Positions 1 through 14,305 of a stretch of DNA of 64,000 nucleotides are shown piece after piece. Source of the stretch: Harriotta raleighana (Eukaryota); assembly GCA_050575255.1 (NCBI GenBank), contig JBNZDD010013635.1, positions 1,856,166 to 1,920,165 of the forward strand. The letters run 5' to 3'. The position numbers and the translations under genes are program-made. Each line of letters begins with the position of its first letter. The stretch's first letter is position 1. The notes under the pieces were generated by a model, which had not been told where the DNA came from, did not search any database, and saw only the letters and a program-made list of their open reading frames with translations.

Positions 1-3000
1 CTGCAGACTGAAAAAATGGAAGGAGAGAAATAACTATAAGCCCACCATTGAATTGCTTTTCAAAATGCTGCCTTGGTGTCCGTTAACTGTTGCTTCATCC
101 CAATTATTACCATTGACCCCATGGAAAATGAAATTAATAATCCTGACCAATGAATCAGCATAAATGAAGAGTAGCTTCCCAGACTCCAGAGTGAAATGTT
201 CCTTTATGACAGGAGAGGCAAACTACCTTGGTGATGGCTCAATGACAAAAATCGTAATGGTTTATTCATAATAAATACATTTATTTCAAAAGGGCCACCT
301 AGCTAATAAATACAGTCTGCCATTTGTAGGTCGTGTCCTCTGTGTAGTGCTATACTGCTTGGCTAAATGCAGAGTTCAGGTCAAAGGAATTGTGTGAATC
401 ATCTGTTTTGTGAGTAACTGTTTGTGGAAAGGTTCAGGTCTGCTGTAAATGAGAATTTATTGGGGAAAGATAAGACCTTGACACTGATGAGGCCTTTAAA
501 GAGCAGAACACAACTTCCCATTTGTACTGAAATAAGACTATTTTCATTGGTACAAAAACGCAAATTTAACTCTTCCCAACCCAGATTGACTGGGCTGGTC
601 TCTCTATGAGATGATGGTTTCCTTTATTTGAAAAAACGATCAAACTATTCCTGATACACAGATCCAAGGCACATAAAACGATCTATCATTGTCTACAGTT
701 TGTCACTATCTACTCTTGTCTGTCATTGATTGAATTTGTTTCCTGTTTCCCAGCACTGTCGGTTAGTTTTTGATATGATGGCATCCGCAAGCACACCTCC
801 AATTAATTTAGCTAACCACATGAGGAGGTTTGACGGCAGTTAGGATACAAGAGATCAGATGCATTGTACAACATAAGAAGAAGGGAGCATGATATGGAAA
901 GACACTGTTGCTGTGATATTGAACAGTCAAAACAATCCCAAAATCTTTCAGAAACTGCACACAAAATACTATGGAAATGACACAAGCTGAATATTGGGTA
1001 CTTATGTAGAAAACAATGGATTACCTGGGAGTACATCTGAAACCTTTCCTTTCAGCTCCACAACATCCATGGTCACAGAGAACAACCAAGGTTATTAAAT
1101 AATGGGGTAGGAGAAAACTGGAAAGAAAGCAATAAAGATAATGAGAGCGTAGAAATTAGTTCAAGGGTGTCGTCCAACTTTATGTTGGTAAGTTTTTTTT
1201 TAAAAAAAGGAAAACTGTGAATATTGGAAACCTGAACGCATTAGAAATGCACAGCTGGTTGATCATCACATTTCAGGTGTAACCTTTCATGAGAACCTTG
1301 AAGTTATGATAGGGTTATAACCAAAACACATCTTCCATTTTCAGAATTCAACCCGCTGTTCAATTCCAGCATTTTCTGGTTCTGATTCAGCCTTAGGCCT
1401 CAGCTCACATTTACAAACCACTGGAGCTTCACTCTCGCTATCAACTCGTTATTAACCCTTCACGTGCCACCAATCTCTACTTAGTTGGGCAAAACTGGGT
1501 GTCCAGTCCTACCAGCCGTTTTCCTCATTGAATTCTTGGGGCATTGGGATTCTGAGTTTATGGAACCAATTTCATTCTTATTGTTTGTACTGGTCACCCC
1601 AGTGATGGAACAAATCAAACCACAACAACTCCACTTCACAATAATCTGGTGAAGCTCTTTAGGACATGAAAGGTACTATATGATAATAGTAATGATGATA
1701 TAATAATAGTAATAATAATCCTTGCATTGGTATAGTGCCTTTTATGTTGGGAGGACGTCTCAAAGTGTTTCATAGAATTTACTGTGAAATATAGCGACTG
1801 TGTATTTTGTCGGTGAATGCAGCAGGAAATTTGCACACTGCAATTGCTACAAAGACCCATAAAGCAGATGATCAAATCAGTATGTAAGCACAGAATGGAT
1901 GAAAGCAACTGCTGGTAGAGCAGAGGTTAAAGTTTTTTTTAATATGTTTTGTCATTGTTTGAAATAGTTAACAATTTATTTTTTTAAATATTTAAGTAAA
2001 CATTCCATTTTATAATAATAAAGTTGGTTCTGACAGCTGAGTTTTATTTATCCTATATATATATATATATATGAATATAATGAATATTACTGTTGGAATC
2101 AGCATTATGGTATTTAAGCTGTCTATTGAAACAAAAACTGCTTAGCTCCGGAAACATGGATTTCTATGGAGCTGACACAGGTCAATGGGTGTCATTTGCT
2201 GAACTATTTAGCTGATAATCAACTATCTTGAAGAAAAGAAGCTGTTTAACACATGGCATTTGATACGGGATCTGTGACACACTGCCATGCAATGTGAGAC
2301 TGAAAGCCACTATCTGTTTTGTTACCCTCTCACGGCCATTTTACCATCTTTCTGTGTTGCCAAGAATAACATCCCTGTTGCACAACAGCAAGAAAAGCTT
2401 TTAAAATAAAATGTTAGCCATATAATCACAATTAGCTGTCAGTCAGCTTGACAGAACACTTCCCCTGGGGATTTTGTGGACTTCGGTAGATTCACTCTGG
2501 AACTTTGTTATTGGGATCCTGTTAACTGGGTTCTAGTCTGAGATTTGCCACCCGTTCTTTACATGCCTCAAATCCAGTCCCCTTCCCACAAGCCTTTTTC
2601 CTCCACAGCTCCATGGGTGGCTCTGGTTCATTTTAGACAGAATGTTTTTTTCCCCATACAACAAGAAAGTTCCATTACCTACTCTTGGCATTCTCCAACA
2701 TTCAGAAAATTGGACTCCGAAAAACAAAAACGTCCTAGTTTACTTTCAATACTTTGGTTGATTGGTAGATTGAAGCTGTTGCTGTTTCTTCCTAATGAAT
2801 AGGCTTATTTAATGTACAGTAAAGATTTTAAAAGATTTCTGCTGTTCCGAGTTTTTTTTTGTTTGTTTCTCCTTATCTGTCAGGAGCGAAAATCCTTTCT
2901 GAACAAAATTTCAGAACAGCTTCGATGACAGAACTGCTTACCCTGAAGCTTGTCAAGGCTTGTTCCTCTTTATTCGCCGACCCACAGAACAAAACATACC

Positions 3001-6000
3001 ATTAGCGAAACCACATTAAAAGATGCAAGATAGTGCTTACTGTCAAAACAGACCGCATTGCAATGATGAAAGCCATTAAGTACACAACAGTTCCATGTAA
3101 CAATACCCCACATTAGCTTTTCTGATACAACCGTTTTGAGATTCCTTGGGATAGTCAAGTAAGTTGGTCATTTCATGCACAGATAACATAGATACATCTG
3201 GGGGCTGTTGTGGGAATGAGCGGCAGGTGAGGATCCAATCTTGCCTGAAATTTGAGACTACTAATGGACACTTCAGATGGCTTCTGTAACAGAACAACAA
3301 TATACTTGGTTCTGTGCTCGCATCCGCAGCCTTAATGACTGCATGGGTCTCCAGTCAAAAAGTCACTTCACTTTTTGACTGGAGACCCCTGCAGTCATTA
3401 AGTTACAGAGTGGGTCACTTCACAAAAGGCAGTTCTGTATTGCAGCAAACTTCGGGGGTAGTGAAATTAGCCCAGTTTCCACTGTGGGTGGTTTCCACGA
3501 CATTGCTTATGTCTCTCAGTTTTCCCTTCCCCTTGAAATCTACATGATTCTCAAACTCAGCATGTGTATCTCTTAACTGCTACCTCTTAATTGATCTTGT
3601 CTTCCCTTCCAACCTCTAACCTTGGCAGTGCCCTTCAAGCCTGTGCCCTTTCAAACGAGCTTGATGACAAACAAGTCAAACAACTGCAAGTTTGCGAGTC
3701 TGTGCATGTCCACGATCTGCAGATTGGTAAACAAGAACAGTGGCTTTCATATTCAGGTTGTACTAATGTAGAATGTGTCTGATTTGCTGAGGAAAAATGT
3801 AACAGTGGACAGGTTAAGAAGTTATATTTACTGCCACTGACAATTTTGGAAGAAGATATGCATTTTGCTGCTTGTCACACAATTACTGCGAAGGCAGATG
3901 TACCTGAACATGTTTCAGGGTCTGACAGTAATCCCAGGTACTTTTTTGCTTAGTTCAAGGCATCTTGAAGCAGATATTTGGTGTGCTTTTGTGACACCAA
4001 GAAATAAGATTGTGAACAGTGTCCTGTAAAGGAGTTGCTTCCTTTTCAAGTTCACCAACATAGAACTTCATAATGTCATATCATGCAACTATGTCTGCTC
4101 TCAATCACTCCTGATCTTCAGCATGATGCACAATGAGTTTTCAAAACTCATCATGGCTGTTTATGGGACTTCGCTGGTGTAAACAGCTGGCCCAATATTA
4201 AAACAGTCTAGTAAAACAGTCCCGATACTTGACAGTAATTGCTTGTGAAGCATTTTGAAATGCTTTGACACGATAAGGTGCTAAAACTGCAAAGTGTTTC
4301 TTTCCACAGTCATCTATATTTACAACAATGGCACATTAATTCAGTAAAATATCTTCACATTTCATCTCACATCTTCAGTTCTTATCAAACCTCCAGGACT
4401 TCCTGAAAGGGTCCTTTCTGGAGGATTATGCATAGAGTATTATAACCTGCTGGAGTGTTACATCCTTCAGAATTACACACAAGACTTATTAATAGATATT
4501 TTGACATTTTATATTAGCTTATATTGGCAACAAGCAGAGGGTTTGGTCGCAAAATGATTTCTCTTAGGCCCGAGTCTGGACATTCCATAATGTATTTCCA
4601 AAGTGATTGTTTTCATTTGTGTCCCACGTCAAAGCAAATGCATTGAAAGGTCGGTTAGATATGTGGACCCCATTATTGCTAATCTGCTGCCAGTTTATAC
4701 ACACTAGGCATTCTCCACACTGAGGCCCAGCCAACCTTGACAAAAAATAATTTTACCCAATCTGTTCTGTAACTTCCAATCGGAAAAACAGCCTTTGTAG
4801 CTGGGGATGAAAATGGGCACAATGGAGGCAGTGGAGGATAAGGATCTGCATAGGTAATGCGAGGGTAGCAATCAATACGATATCTGCATCATTTGCAATT
4901 CTGACCAGGGCTTCTCCCCATTCCTTTTGAAATGAGAAGTAACAATTTTATTACAGACGATCAGAAAAATGTGATTAATACCTGAATGCATGTATTTTTG
5001 TAACCGGGTTGATCGCAATTTATCTTGTTTCCTACAAAACATCTCCCCACCAGCAATTCACAATATATGTGCATAAACACAGTGACCTACTTACATAATT
5101 CATGAACAATAAAAGGTGGGAATGGGTTATGTTATATTTAATCAAACTATATTAGCAGCACGATTGTGTTACACACAAAACGTGCTAATATAGTTTGTTT
5201 AGTTTTTTTAAAATAAACTGCTGTTAGTGTTTTTCGAAAGTGGTAGGTACCGTTTTGCCTAATTTAGTAAATGTTTTGTTCTAAGAAAAGGGTATTAGCT
5301 CTGGGAAATGTAACAGTTTTTTATTCTACGAATTCAATCTGTATATTGAAAAGCTCCAGGTAACTCAGTTACCTGCATTAATGCATAAATCCTGATTCAA
5401 TACAGACCACAACAGGAACAGCTTGTGTTTATATAGCATCTTTCACGCGGGGGAGCGTTCCAGCGCGCTTAGCCTGGGAAGGCCCAGGTGCAAACTTTCA
5501 TCTACGCTCAGTCAATTGAGTTGGAGTTAGTTGCGTTTGAACTGGTTTTGACTAGTGATAGGAACTGCAACTGGCCTCAATGCCCTACGGTCAGGAAGTG
5601 GAAGTGCCCAGTGTGGAATGGACACCAGGCTCCTTTGTCACCTATAGTCAAACAGGTCACCAACACGCACCGTAGGCATATATTAGAGAAAATGATCATT
5701 TTGATGTGAGGTTCTTGACAGCCACCATCGCCCGTGGAGCTTCTGCCAGGGTCAAACATCCTATTTGGGGACCAGAAGGGAGAATAGAAGAAAATTACTG
5801 GGGGGAAAAATGAAGTCGCAAAAGAAAGCAAATTGTCAGGTTCGCGTTTCCATGGAACATCGAACCTGTGAAGCCTATGCGAGATTGTATTCACTGGATA
5901 TTAATGATTGTTTCAAGCTGGGGGATCATTTTTCAGGGATAAAACACAGGCAGTTTCCTTATTAAATGATACAGACCACAAATTAATCAATTGTAGCAGT

Positions 6001-6344
6001 GCCACAGGCTGCTGGGGTTGATTGCTTTGAACAACCTCGACACACCCATCATTTTTACACTGGCTGAACAAGCCATATTAATCTGACAATTGCAAAATCA
6101 TACTTGAGCTGAATATTGTTTGCATTATCGCTCTATTTTGGCTCAATAAAAGAAGTGCGTGTGGGCTCTGATTTACCGAAGAGAGTGGGCGACTGGAGGC
6201 TGAGTCAAACTAAACAATCAATCAATCAAAATTACATTTATATAGCACCTTTCACGTCAGGAGGACATCGCAAGGCACTGTTCAGTCAAGTACAGAATAA
6301 GAGCAGAGTGGGTGAGGGGTCGGGGGAAGGAAAGTAGGAAAAAT

Positions 6345-6651
6345 TGACTACATTTGTGGGCGAAAACGCGCCAGCCAAATTGCGCACAGCAGTGTCCCAC
6401 AAACAGTCATGGAAGTGGGGTTATGGGAGAAAGGGGAAAAAGATGGCAAGAGGAGGGGTCGGGGTAGGGGGAAGGAGAACAGCCATATTAATCCGACTGT
6501 AAAACCGACTGTATATCTGTGGGCGAAACGCGGCAGCCAAATTGCGCACAGCAGTATCCCACAAACAGTCGCAGAAGTGGGGCCGGGGGAGAAAGAGGGA
6601 AAAGAGGGCAAGTGGGGAGACGGAGGGAAAGGCGAATTGCTGATTTAATCA
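6345..6651 (-). repeat. Tandemly repeated SINE core with purine-rich spacers
   Basis: tgtgggcgaaacgcggcagccaaattgcgcacagcagt.tcccacaaacagtc occurs at ~6355 and ~6518. The third copy (~6750) comes from the n-split duplication. Confidence 0.7.
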
Positions 6652-8290
6652 NAAAAAGATGGCAAGAGGAGGGGTCGGGGTAGGGGGAAGGAGAACAGCC
6701 ATATTAATCCGACTGTAAAACCGACTGTATTAAAAACCGACTGTATATCTGTGGGCGAAACGCGGCAGCCAAATTGCGCACAGCAGTATCCCACAAACAG
6801 TCGCAGAAGTGGGGCCGGGGGAGAAAGAGGGAAAAGAGGGCAAGTGGGGAGACGGAGGGAAAGGCGAATTGCTGATTTAATCAAGACTGTCAGTTTTTAT
6901 TTCAAGTTGAAACTTATTTCTGTTAGTATTTTTTAGAATGTTTTAGCTGTAAGTGCATTGAAGGGTTCCATAAACTTAAATGGCTTTGGTTCTCCGTTTC
7001 CGCCTACCAAGCTCTAAGGTAATTCAGATCATGGAGCAGGAGTCATTGATAAATGTTTTTCAAACTGATGCCTCGAGTTGCTCGACTGGGATTCTTGAAA
7101 GTTCTGGTGATTTGGCAGGCGAGAGCAGTTGTTACCTTCCCTGGAACTAAAACACTGATATATCAAATCCTCTTCAAATATCCCAAATTGGTCAGACAGC
7201 ACTTGCTTTTTAAATCTCACTATTTTTCTCCGAAAATAGTCATAGCAAAACTAAATAAAGGTGACTAACCTGCGCAGTATTTAGTCCATTCTCTGTGTTG
7301 ATAACTCATCCCAGCTCATTACGTCAGTTGCAATGATCTTATCAGCATTTTGCATTTGAAGACAATTTATATCAAGTCAACAGAAATAAATGAAAGGATA
7401 TTAAGCTTAATGGTGTCAAAATTCTTTGGTACTGGTTGGTTTTATAAAAGAATAATTGGTGGTAAGAATATGGGTAAGAATCTATGATTGTGAATCCGCA
7501 GTGAAGAAGTAAAACCTATTTATCGATTACTGACCTTTAAACTGAAAGCCAAATCCAAAGCTGAAATTGCTGAATACATTTGCCAGGCATATGAGCTGTG
7601 CAGTGGAAGGGAGATTGTTTAGTGTATGGATCCATTAATAATTTATCATTTAGAATTTCTACATATATCAGAGGTTAATCCAATTTTACCTGGGTTGGAC
7701 TGCAAGCACCCAGGCGTGAAGAGGAGCTGTTTGGTGTTGTTTAAAAAGTTTTATTCATTAAAAAAAATCCAGCCTGCGCGAGTAATTGAATTCCTCTTGT
7801 AACCTCTGTGATGCAGTAGCTGTCTCTCTCACTCCCTCCCCCACTCCAAACCTGGCTAGCACCTACAGTGAATGGCATAACAAAACAGGATGCGGTAGCT
7901 ATAACCAGAGTAAACATCTCACAGATTTCATCCTGGCGGAAGCTGAATCTTCAGAAAAAACCTGGAGAATTTGCATTTTTACAAAATCTCCTATCACGCA
8001 GTTTCTTGCTCCAAAAATCCTGGTTCCGTTTGTGATGATTGAGTTTGAGTTCCGAATGGGATTCTCAGCCAACAACAACTAATTGCATTTAGATAGCGCT
8101 TTTCATGAGTTTCCAAGATGCTGGACAATGAGGGATTTGCACCCAACCTGAGGGATTCCTATCAGAGAGGGGTGGATGTCAAGGGGTTGGAGAAAGATAG
8201 ATGACCAGGGGCATGGTCAGAAAGGAAGATCCTGAGATGGGCCTTGAAGAGTGTGGGGCAGAAATACTGTGGGGAGGACAAACTTACATG

Positions 8291-8700
8291 ACAACAACAA
8301 CAACAAAATTACACTTGTATAGCACTTTTCAGGTCAGGAAGACGTCCCAAGGCGCTGGACAGACATTGTTTCAGACCCGAGCTGGAATCAAGGCTGGGGA
8401 GGGTGGAGGGAATGGGAGGGATTTGGGGTGACTGATGGGACCGTTAAAGAGGAGGGTCTCGAAGCGGGATTTGAAGGAGGCCAGGGGTGCGAGGTGGAGG
8501 CACTGCGGGATGGAGTTCTAGAGGTTGGGGACAGAGTGGCTGAAGGCTTATCTGCCAATGGTGGGGCATGTGTGGTGGGGGATGTAGAGCAGGCCAGATC
8601 CTGCTGAGCGGAGGGAGTGGACAGGTTGGTAGGGGATGGGCAGGCAGATTGGTAGATTGCTAGATGGTATATATTTTATATTTTCAAAACAAAACGCTTG
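8291..8700 (-). mobile_element. L2-clade LINE 3' fragment
   Basis: (AAC)n tail and stem-loop tail ttgtatagcacttttcaggtcaggaagacgtcccaaggcgc. The reverse strand gives a decayed L2 ORF2 end (LRSAGSGLLYIP..TIG.AFS..P.L.NSIP). Confidence 0.8.
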
Positions 8701-11700
8701 CAATTTAGTTTTTTAAATGGCCGGGTACCAACCAAGGCATAAACATTAATATTCTCTACCTCTTTTTTATAAGCGATCATCAAATGTGAACTCAAATAGG
8801 TGAGTCCCTGCAGGCTAGTCAGTCATGGAGAAATGTCACAGCTGACTCAGTCTGCAATCCTGGACCTTTCAAGCTCTGCATGGCTCAGTCCCTCAGGCCA
8901 CTGTGAATGTTAGGAAGTCAGCAAGTACAATGAAGGGTTAATGCTTTTCTTTGCTGATTGTATATTGTTTTGTTTTCCCCTTCAATAACTGTAGAATTAG
9001 AGGACATATATTGTCCTCTTCCAATGACCTGAATTTTGTAGTTTTATAGTGAAAGGAGTAGAAAAAAACGAAATCTCTGTTTTCCAAAACAAACATCTCT
9101 TAAGTGTTCATTTTCAGCTATCAGCCGATCTAGCACAGAGCACAGCTGCTCACAGGATTCCTAATTTTTCTATTGAAGCATATTTTTGCACATCCTCTAA
9201 ATTAATTTCACGTATGTACCACTGGCAGGATATAAGTCTCAGTAAGTGCCTTAGTCTCTCAAGCTCTTAAGAAGAGTGGCAATGGGGCTGCGGCACCCAA
9301 ATCTTGGGGACTCTGGTGATAAATCTGTCTCTCATATGCTCTTGTTGAATGAACACTGTAATTCCCCAGCATCCCTATGTGCACACCTATCTGCCTCTTG
9401 AAAAATGACTAAATAAAGTTTGAATGGCACTGATTCATAATTCAATATTTTATATCCTAAAGCTCTTTGTGGGTAATTGTTGTCCATTGACTCATGTCCC
9501 ATCTGAGAATAATTAGTATTATCTGAGATGGGTGTTTCATGGCAGAACTGCCTGAAAGTGGTGAATTGCCACCACTTTCATCCCTGAGCAAATACAATAC
9601 ATCCTTTCATGGCAGTCCTTATATATTGTCGTGTGCAAGGTTTTCCACAAATAACAACAACAACTTGGATTTATTTAGCGCACTGCATGCCAGACAGCAA
9701 TGGATGTAAAGTCTTCAAAATTTAAGTGTATTCAATGGCAACAAATGTTATACCTAAAGGAAATATTTGGTTATGAACTATCTCATTCTTTCAGAAATCA
9801 GACAGACTATATTCGATCTCAGTCTGGGCTAAGGCAACAGTTTGAATCTTGAACATATTTGCTCCATCAATCAGAGTATTATTTATGGGAACACATGAAT
9901 AATACTGTTTGAATTATACTCAGAAAATATTGGAATATTACATAACCCTGGGACCTCATGTATATAGTTGCTTATTAAAAATTACTCTCCCCATGTCTGT
10001 TAAGTTTCCAAATGCTGAAAGGTCATCTAGCATCTGGATCATGATCAGAAACCAAGAAGTTCCATATAAGTGAAATATGGAACAAAAGTCAAATAGAAAC
10101 TAAGCCACACCACTGAAGTTGTCTTAAACCTACATACAGAAGAAATTTGTGGTATGTGATTATCTCTGGTGATAATTATCACAAGGTATAGAATTTGCAG
10201 TCGACTTTGTCCAGGATCTAACAACTGGTTTAGGGTTGAAACCTACCACCACGCCCCACTTCCACAGAGTGGTATCTCCTGCTGGGCAATTCAGTACTGG
10301 TCTGCATGGCAAGAGACTGCTACAATTTCAGACAAGGCCCCTTTAGGCAATTCGTTTTCTTTTGTCCCCTCCAGAAATGACTGTTCATCAATTGAGTAAC
10401 ATCCTTGTAGCTCACTGACCAATATCACATCAACACCCATGAATACAACCAGATTGTAACCCAATGCTCCATTACACCAAACATTATTCACCGGCTTCAC
10501 AACATGAAGCAAAACGTGGTGGAAAAAAACACTTGTTAGGTCACTTTCTTGGAGTTAGTTTCATTTTAACTGGTAGACGACTTGAGAATAAAATCACATT
10601 GTTTTAAAAGCTGCAAAAGCAGTCTGGCAATTAAATGGTTAAACGATTGAGTCGGGGGTGGTGGTGGGGTTGAGGAATATCACGCGTCTGAATCATATTT
10701 ACCTTTTTTTTTACTGGTATGAGCAAATCGATAGCTTGGTAATAAGGAGATCTTGTTATAAGGATTCTTTCAGTTTTAGGACATGCAAGCTTCTCCAAGG
10801 CAGATATCTTGTATATAGATATATATATATATAAAAAAGCCATCTTAGGTCAGTGTTTTTTTTCCTCCAAAAAGGTTTTTCTTTTACAAAAAAAAGGTGT
10901 ATTTTTAATTGTCTGGTGAGTGTCAGGTATCTTGTGTTTCTCAGTCACATATTTGCAGAGATCCAAGACAGATCGTAATTTTGTTTTTGTAAATATTACG
11001 ATGTTGTCGTGTCTGCAGTGTATGGAGCCAGATAAGTGATTGCCGGGGTTAATCGGATTCGGAGGTGCCTCATCTTGGGGCAAAACAACTACAGTATATT
11101 CAAATATAGCTCAGGTGCTGCCTAGACATACTGTTTTGATCAAAAACAAAGAATGTGATATCTAAAATGAACGTTAAGAATTATGTTTCAACAGAAAAGA
11201 TATTTCTAGACATGTGAGAGGACATAGACAGCACACCTTGACGCACACATACTCACCCTTTGATTGAAGACTCATACATTCTTCACTCAAGACCCATTGA
11301 TAGGCAAGCATGCAAGACCAAACTGACATTCAGTTCTTTGTGAAGAAGGATTTGTTTTCATACTTTACGTTAACCTTTGGGAAGGTAAGAATAGTCTTAC
11401 ATGCCAAAGGCTGGGTTTGTTTACAGGCCCAGGGAAATCAGGCAGTTCGGAAAGTTTCTGGCATTTACACATTTGGTGCTATCCTTTTTATGCAATAACA
11501 TACCGCAGTATTTCCGGATTTTGAACTTGTTTACAAGAGGTCAGGGAGAAAAAACAGTTTCACGTTTGGTGACTTTTGAACTTTTTTTGTTGGCTACAAC
11601 CTTTATTTGGGTTTCAAAAGGGTTTCAAATGGTATTAACCTACATTTGTCTCTTTCGTCGCTAATGGATTTTTAAAAAGGTTTTCTTCCCTTGGAATGCT

Positions 11701-14055
11701 TCCCGCTTCTCACTCTCTCTCTCTCTCTCTCTCTGAAACACACTCATGGTGCAACATTGTGTTGTTATATGTCTCATTGTTGTTATAGAGAAGGGTCATT
11801 TTCAGGCAAGTTATTTGCTAGTATGGGGTGCTCAGATCTTACTAAGTTTCCACATAGATGGGTTGCATTTCTCTAAAGCTCACAGGAAACACCATTCTAT
11901 CAAGAGCTCCTCATACACCATTGAAGAGATAAGGTTGAATAGCATTGCCAATTATGCCCATATTGTGCTCAACACCTGGGGAGAGCAAGCTTGTGACCTT
12001 ATCCTATAATTGAACTTTAGCAATCCTGAATTCATAGTATAGTACAGCTACTCATCATAATACATAATTCTTAGTCATCAATCATGGTAATTCCTTGAAT
12101 GTGCTGTGGTCTATGGTGACCTGCATATTTATAAAATTACAAGGGAGTTTTATAATCATTGCATTTGATAGTTTTTGGTGCATTTGTATTGTTCCTTCCT
12201 GAATATCAACCCTTCTCTTTCCCAGAACCTCAAGACTGCCATATTCCTTACCTTCCTCAGTCTTCGCTTCCTCCTGCAATGTATAGACTTTTGAAGCCTG
12301 AGCCAGGTGTTTTGGCTCTTTCTCTAAAGGTTTTTCATTTTATTTAGTTTTTTAAAAGGCAGATGTGATTTCCAGTTTGGCCCAGGCCTTCTCCATGTTC
12401 AAATATATTGTCTTTGAAACCATATTGTTACCTTCAGGGCTGAGGCAGAAGGGGAATTGAAAGAAATAAGAGATTGAAGGAAATCGGGTTTGTTTCATCT
12501 GAAAATATGAAACTTTCACAAGTGTTTTTTGCTTGGAGATCTTGAGTTTTGAAGCCTGGAGAGTGAGAATGCAGCAGAACGAAAGTTAGATTTAACACAG
12601 GAAGGCTTTATTGTCTATCATGGGGGTACTTTGTTTCAAATTCCAATGGATAACCAGTCTAAACCAGCTCAGCAGTTTGTCTTTACATGCCTTGGGTTCT
12701 TCAATAACACTGAAATATCTTCAAACAATTTGGAATGGACAGTCAATCGGAACATGGGTATTTTGGCTGCGCGAATACAAATATTTGGGTTTCCAGGAGT
12801 GTAGGAGGTGGGTGAGTGTTTGAGTATAGTTATTCCATTTGGGTTTCTGATTCAGATGTCTACAGTTCAAGGAATATCAGTCTAGGACCTGAAAATCCTA
12901 ACTATTGCAAAAGTTTCACTCAGTGATTGCATCGAGTGTTTTGTGTAGTGTATCGCCACAGCTTTGACAATTTGAGCCGTTGCATATTTAATTCTTTTTT
13001 GAGTTCAGTTCAGTGAAGTGGGAAATTCAGTGCTTCTTTATCATTTATCCCATTTTAAAACCTAGCATTGGGTTGAATTTCAAGGGATTACTTGCCTGTT
13101 GCAGAATGCAAGTTATCTATCAAATGTCATTCTTACAGCACATGGGTGTTTGAATATTTCTCGGTTTACAGACTCAACAAAAGAAAAACATAGTTGACTA
13201 GCTCGTAATAGGCAGTTGGGCTGAATACAGCACTTTAAAGGGCAGATTGTAAATTTTCGATTGTGACATTCAGGTAGATTACACCAGTAATGTAATACAC
13301 AAGAGGCACAAATAGAAGATATATAATTTGGTGACTTGATGATATTTTACTGGTTTGTGTCGTCTATTTTGCTGCAAAGCCTTTCCATTGAATGACTTAT
13401 ATCTAAAGGGTTCCCTACATTGATGTCCTTTCATACAATAGGTACCACTTTTGGCGAGATAAAAAAGGTTGAAAACACAAGTAAATTTGCTGGCATTGTC
13501 ACGTCATGATATTAAGTGTACATGAGCTTATCAAGTATTCTCAGTCAGTAAAGGTAAAGGCACAGGTTAGAAACAGGATATATTTCCTCTGCTCTGGAAC
13601 AACAATGTCCCTTTAGCTTCTCACTTTTTAAAAAATGCCCTTTTCCCTATTGCACTAATGTGACATTTTCTCAACACCAGCTACTCAACTGACAATTTCT
13701 TGCCAACTATGGTCAGTTTTATAGTGGTTTAATGTGCACAGGAAATTAGATTGAAACAACATCAATATGACATAAAGAATATCATCACACATTTACTTTA
13801 TCAGCCTTCAGACAGGATTGGCCTGGAGAAAACAGGCTGAACAAATGTGGTTACTATTGATAAGAACATTTCTGGTCTCTAACTTGAAACCCGGGCCAGG
13901 CTGGGTTTCCTGATCAATACAGAGTTAGCCCCAGCCTTCCGAGGAATATGGAGAAAAAAGCCAGCTCGACTTTGTAAGCATTCAACAGGTTGCTGTGGAA
14001 AGTAGCAACTTGGTGAATTGGTCAGCAGGTACAAAGCATACTCATGGATCATCAT

Positions 14056-14305
14056 CAGGCCCTCTCAGAGGTTTAGAGAGGCCCGGGCCACTTCCAACTT
14101 TTGAGGCCTCTGGCTAGATCCTTTCTAACCCCCTCTAAAATGAGAGTGTGTGTCACATTTTGGTTTGAAAGGATGGCACATAAAAACAACAAGTCTCGAA
14201 TCTTAACAAATGCCAAAAAAATTAAAAGTGTCTAAATTTGAGGCCCGCTTTGAGCTTGAGGGCCAGGCTAAATGGCCCTCCTGGCCTCCCCTCTGATTGG
14301 CCCTG
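14056..14305. mobile_element. hAT-type non-autonomous DNA transposon (MITE), 250 bp
   Basis: TIRs caggccctctcagagg / cctctgattggccctg (13/16 complementary, CAGGG-type ends), flanked by an 8-bp degenerate TSD atcatcat / gccatcat. Confidence 0.7.
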
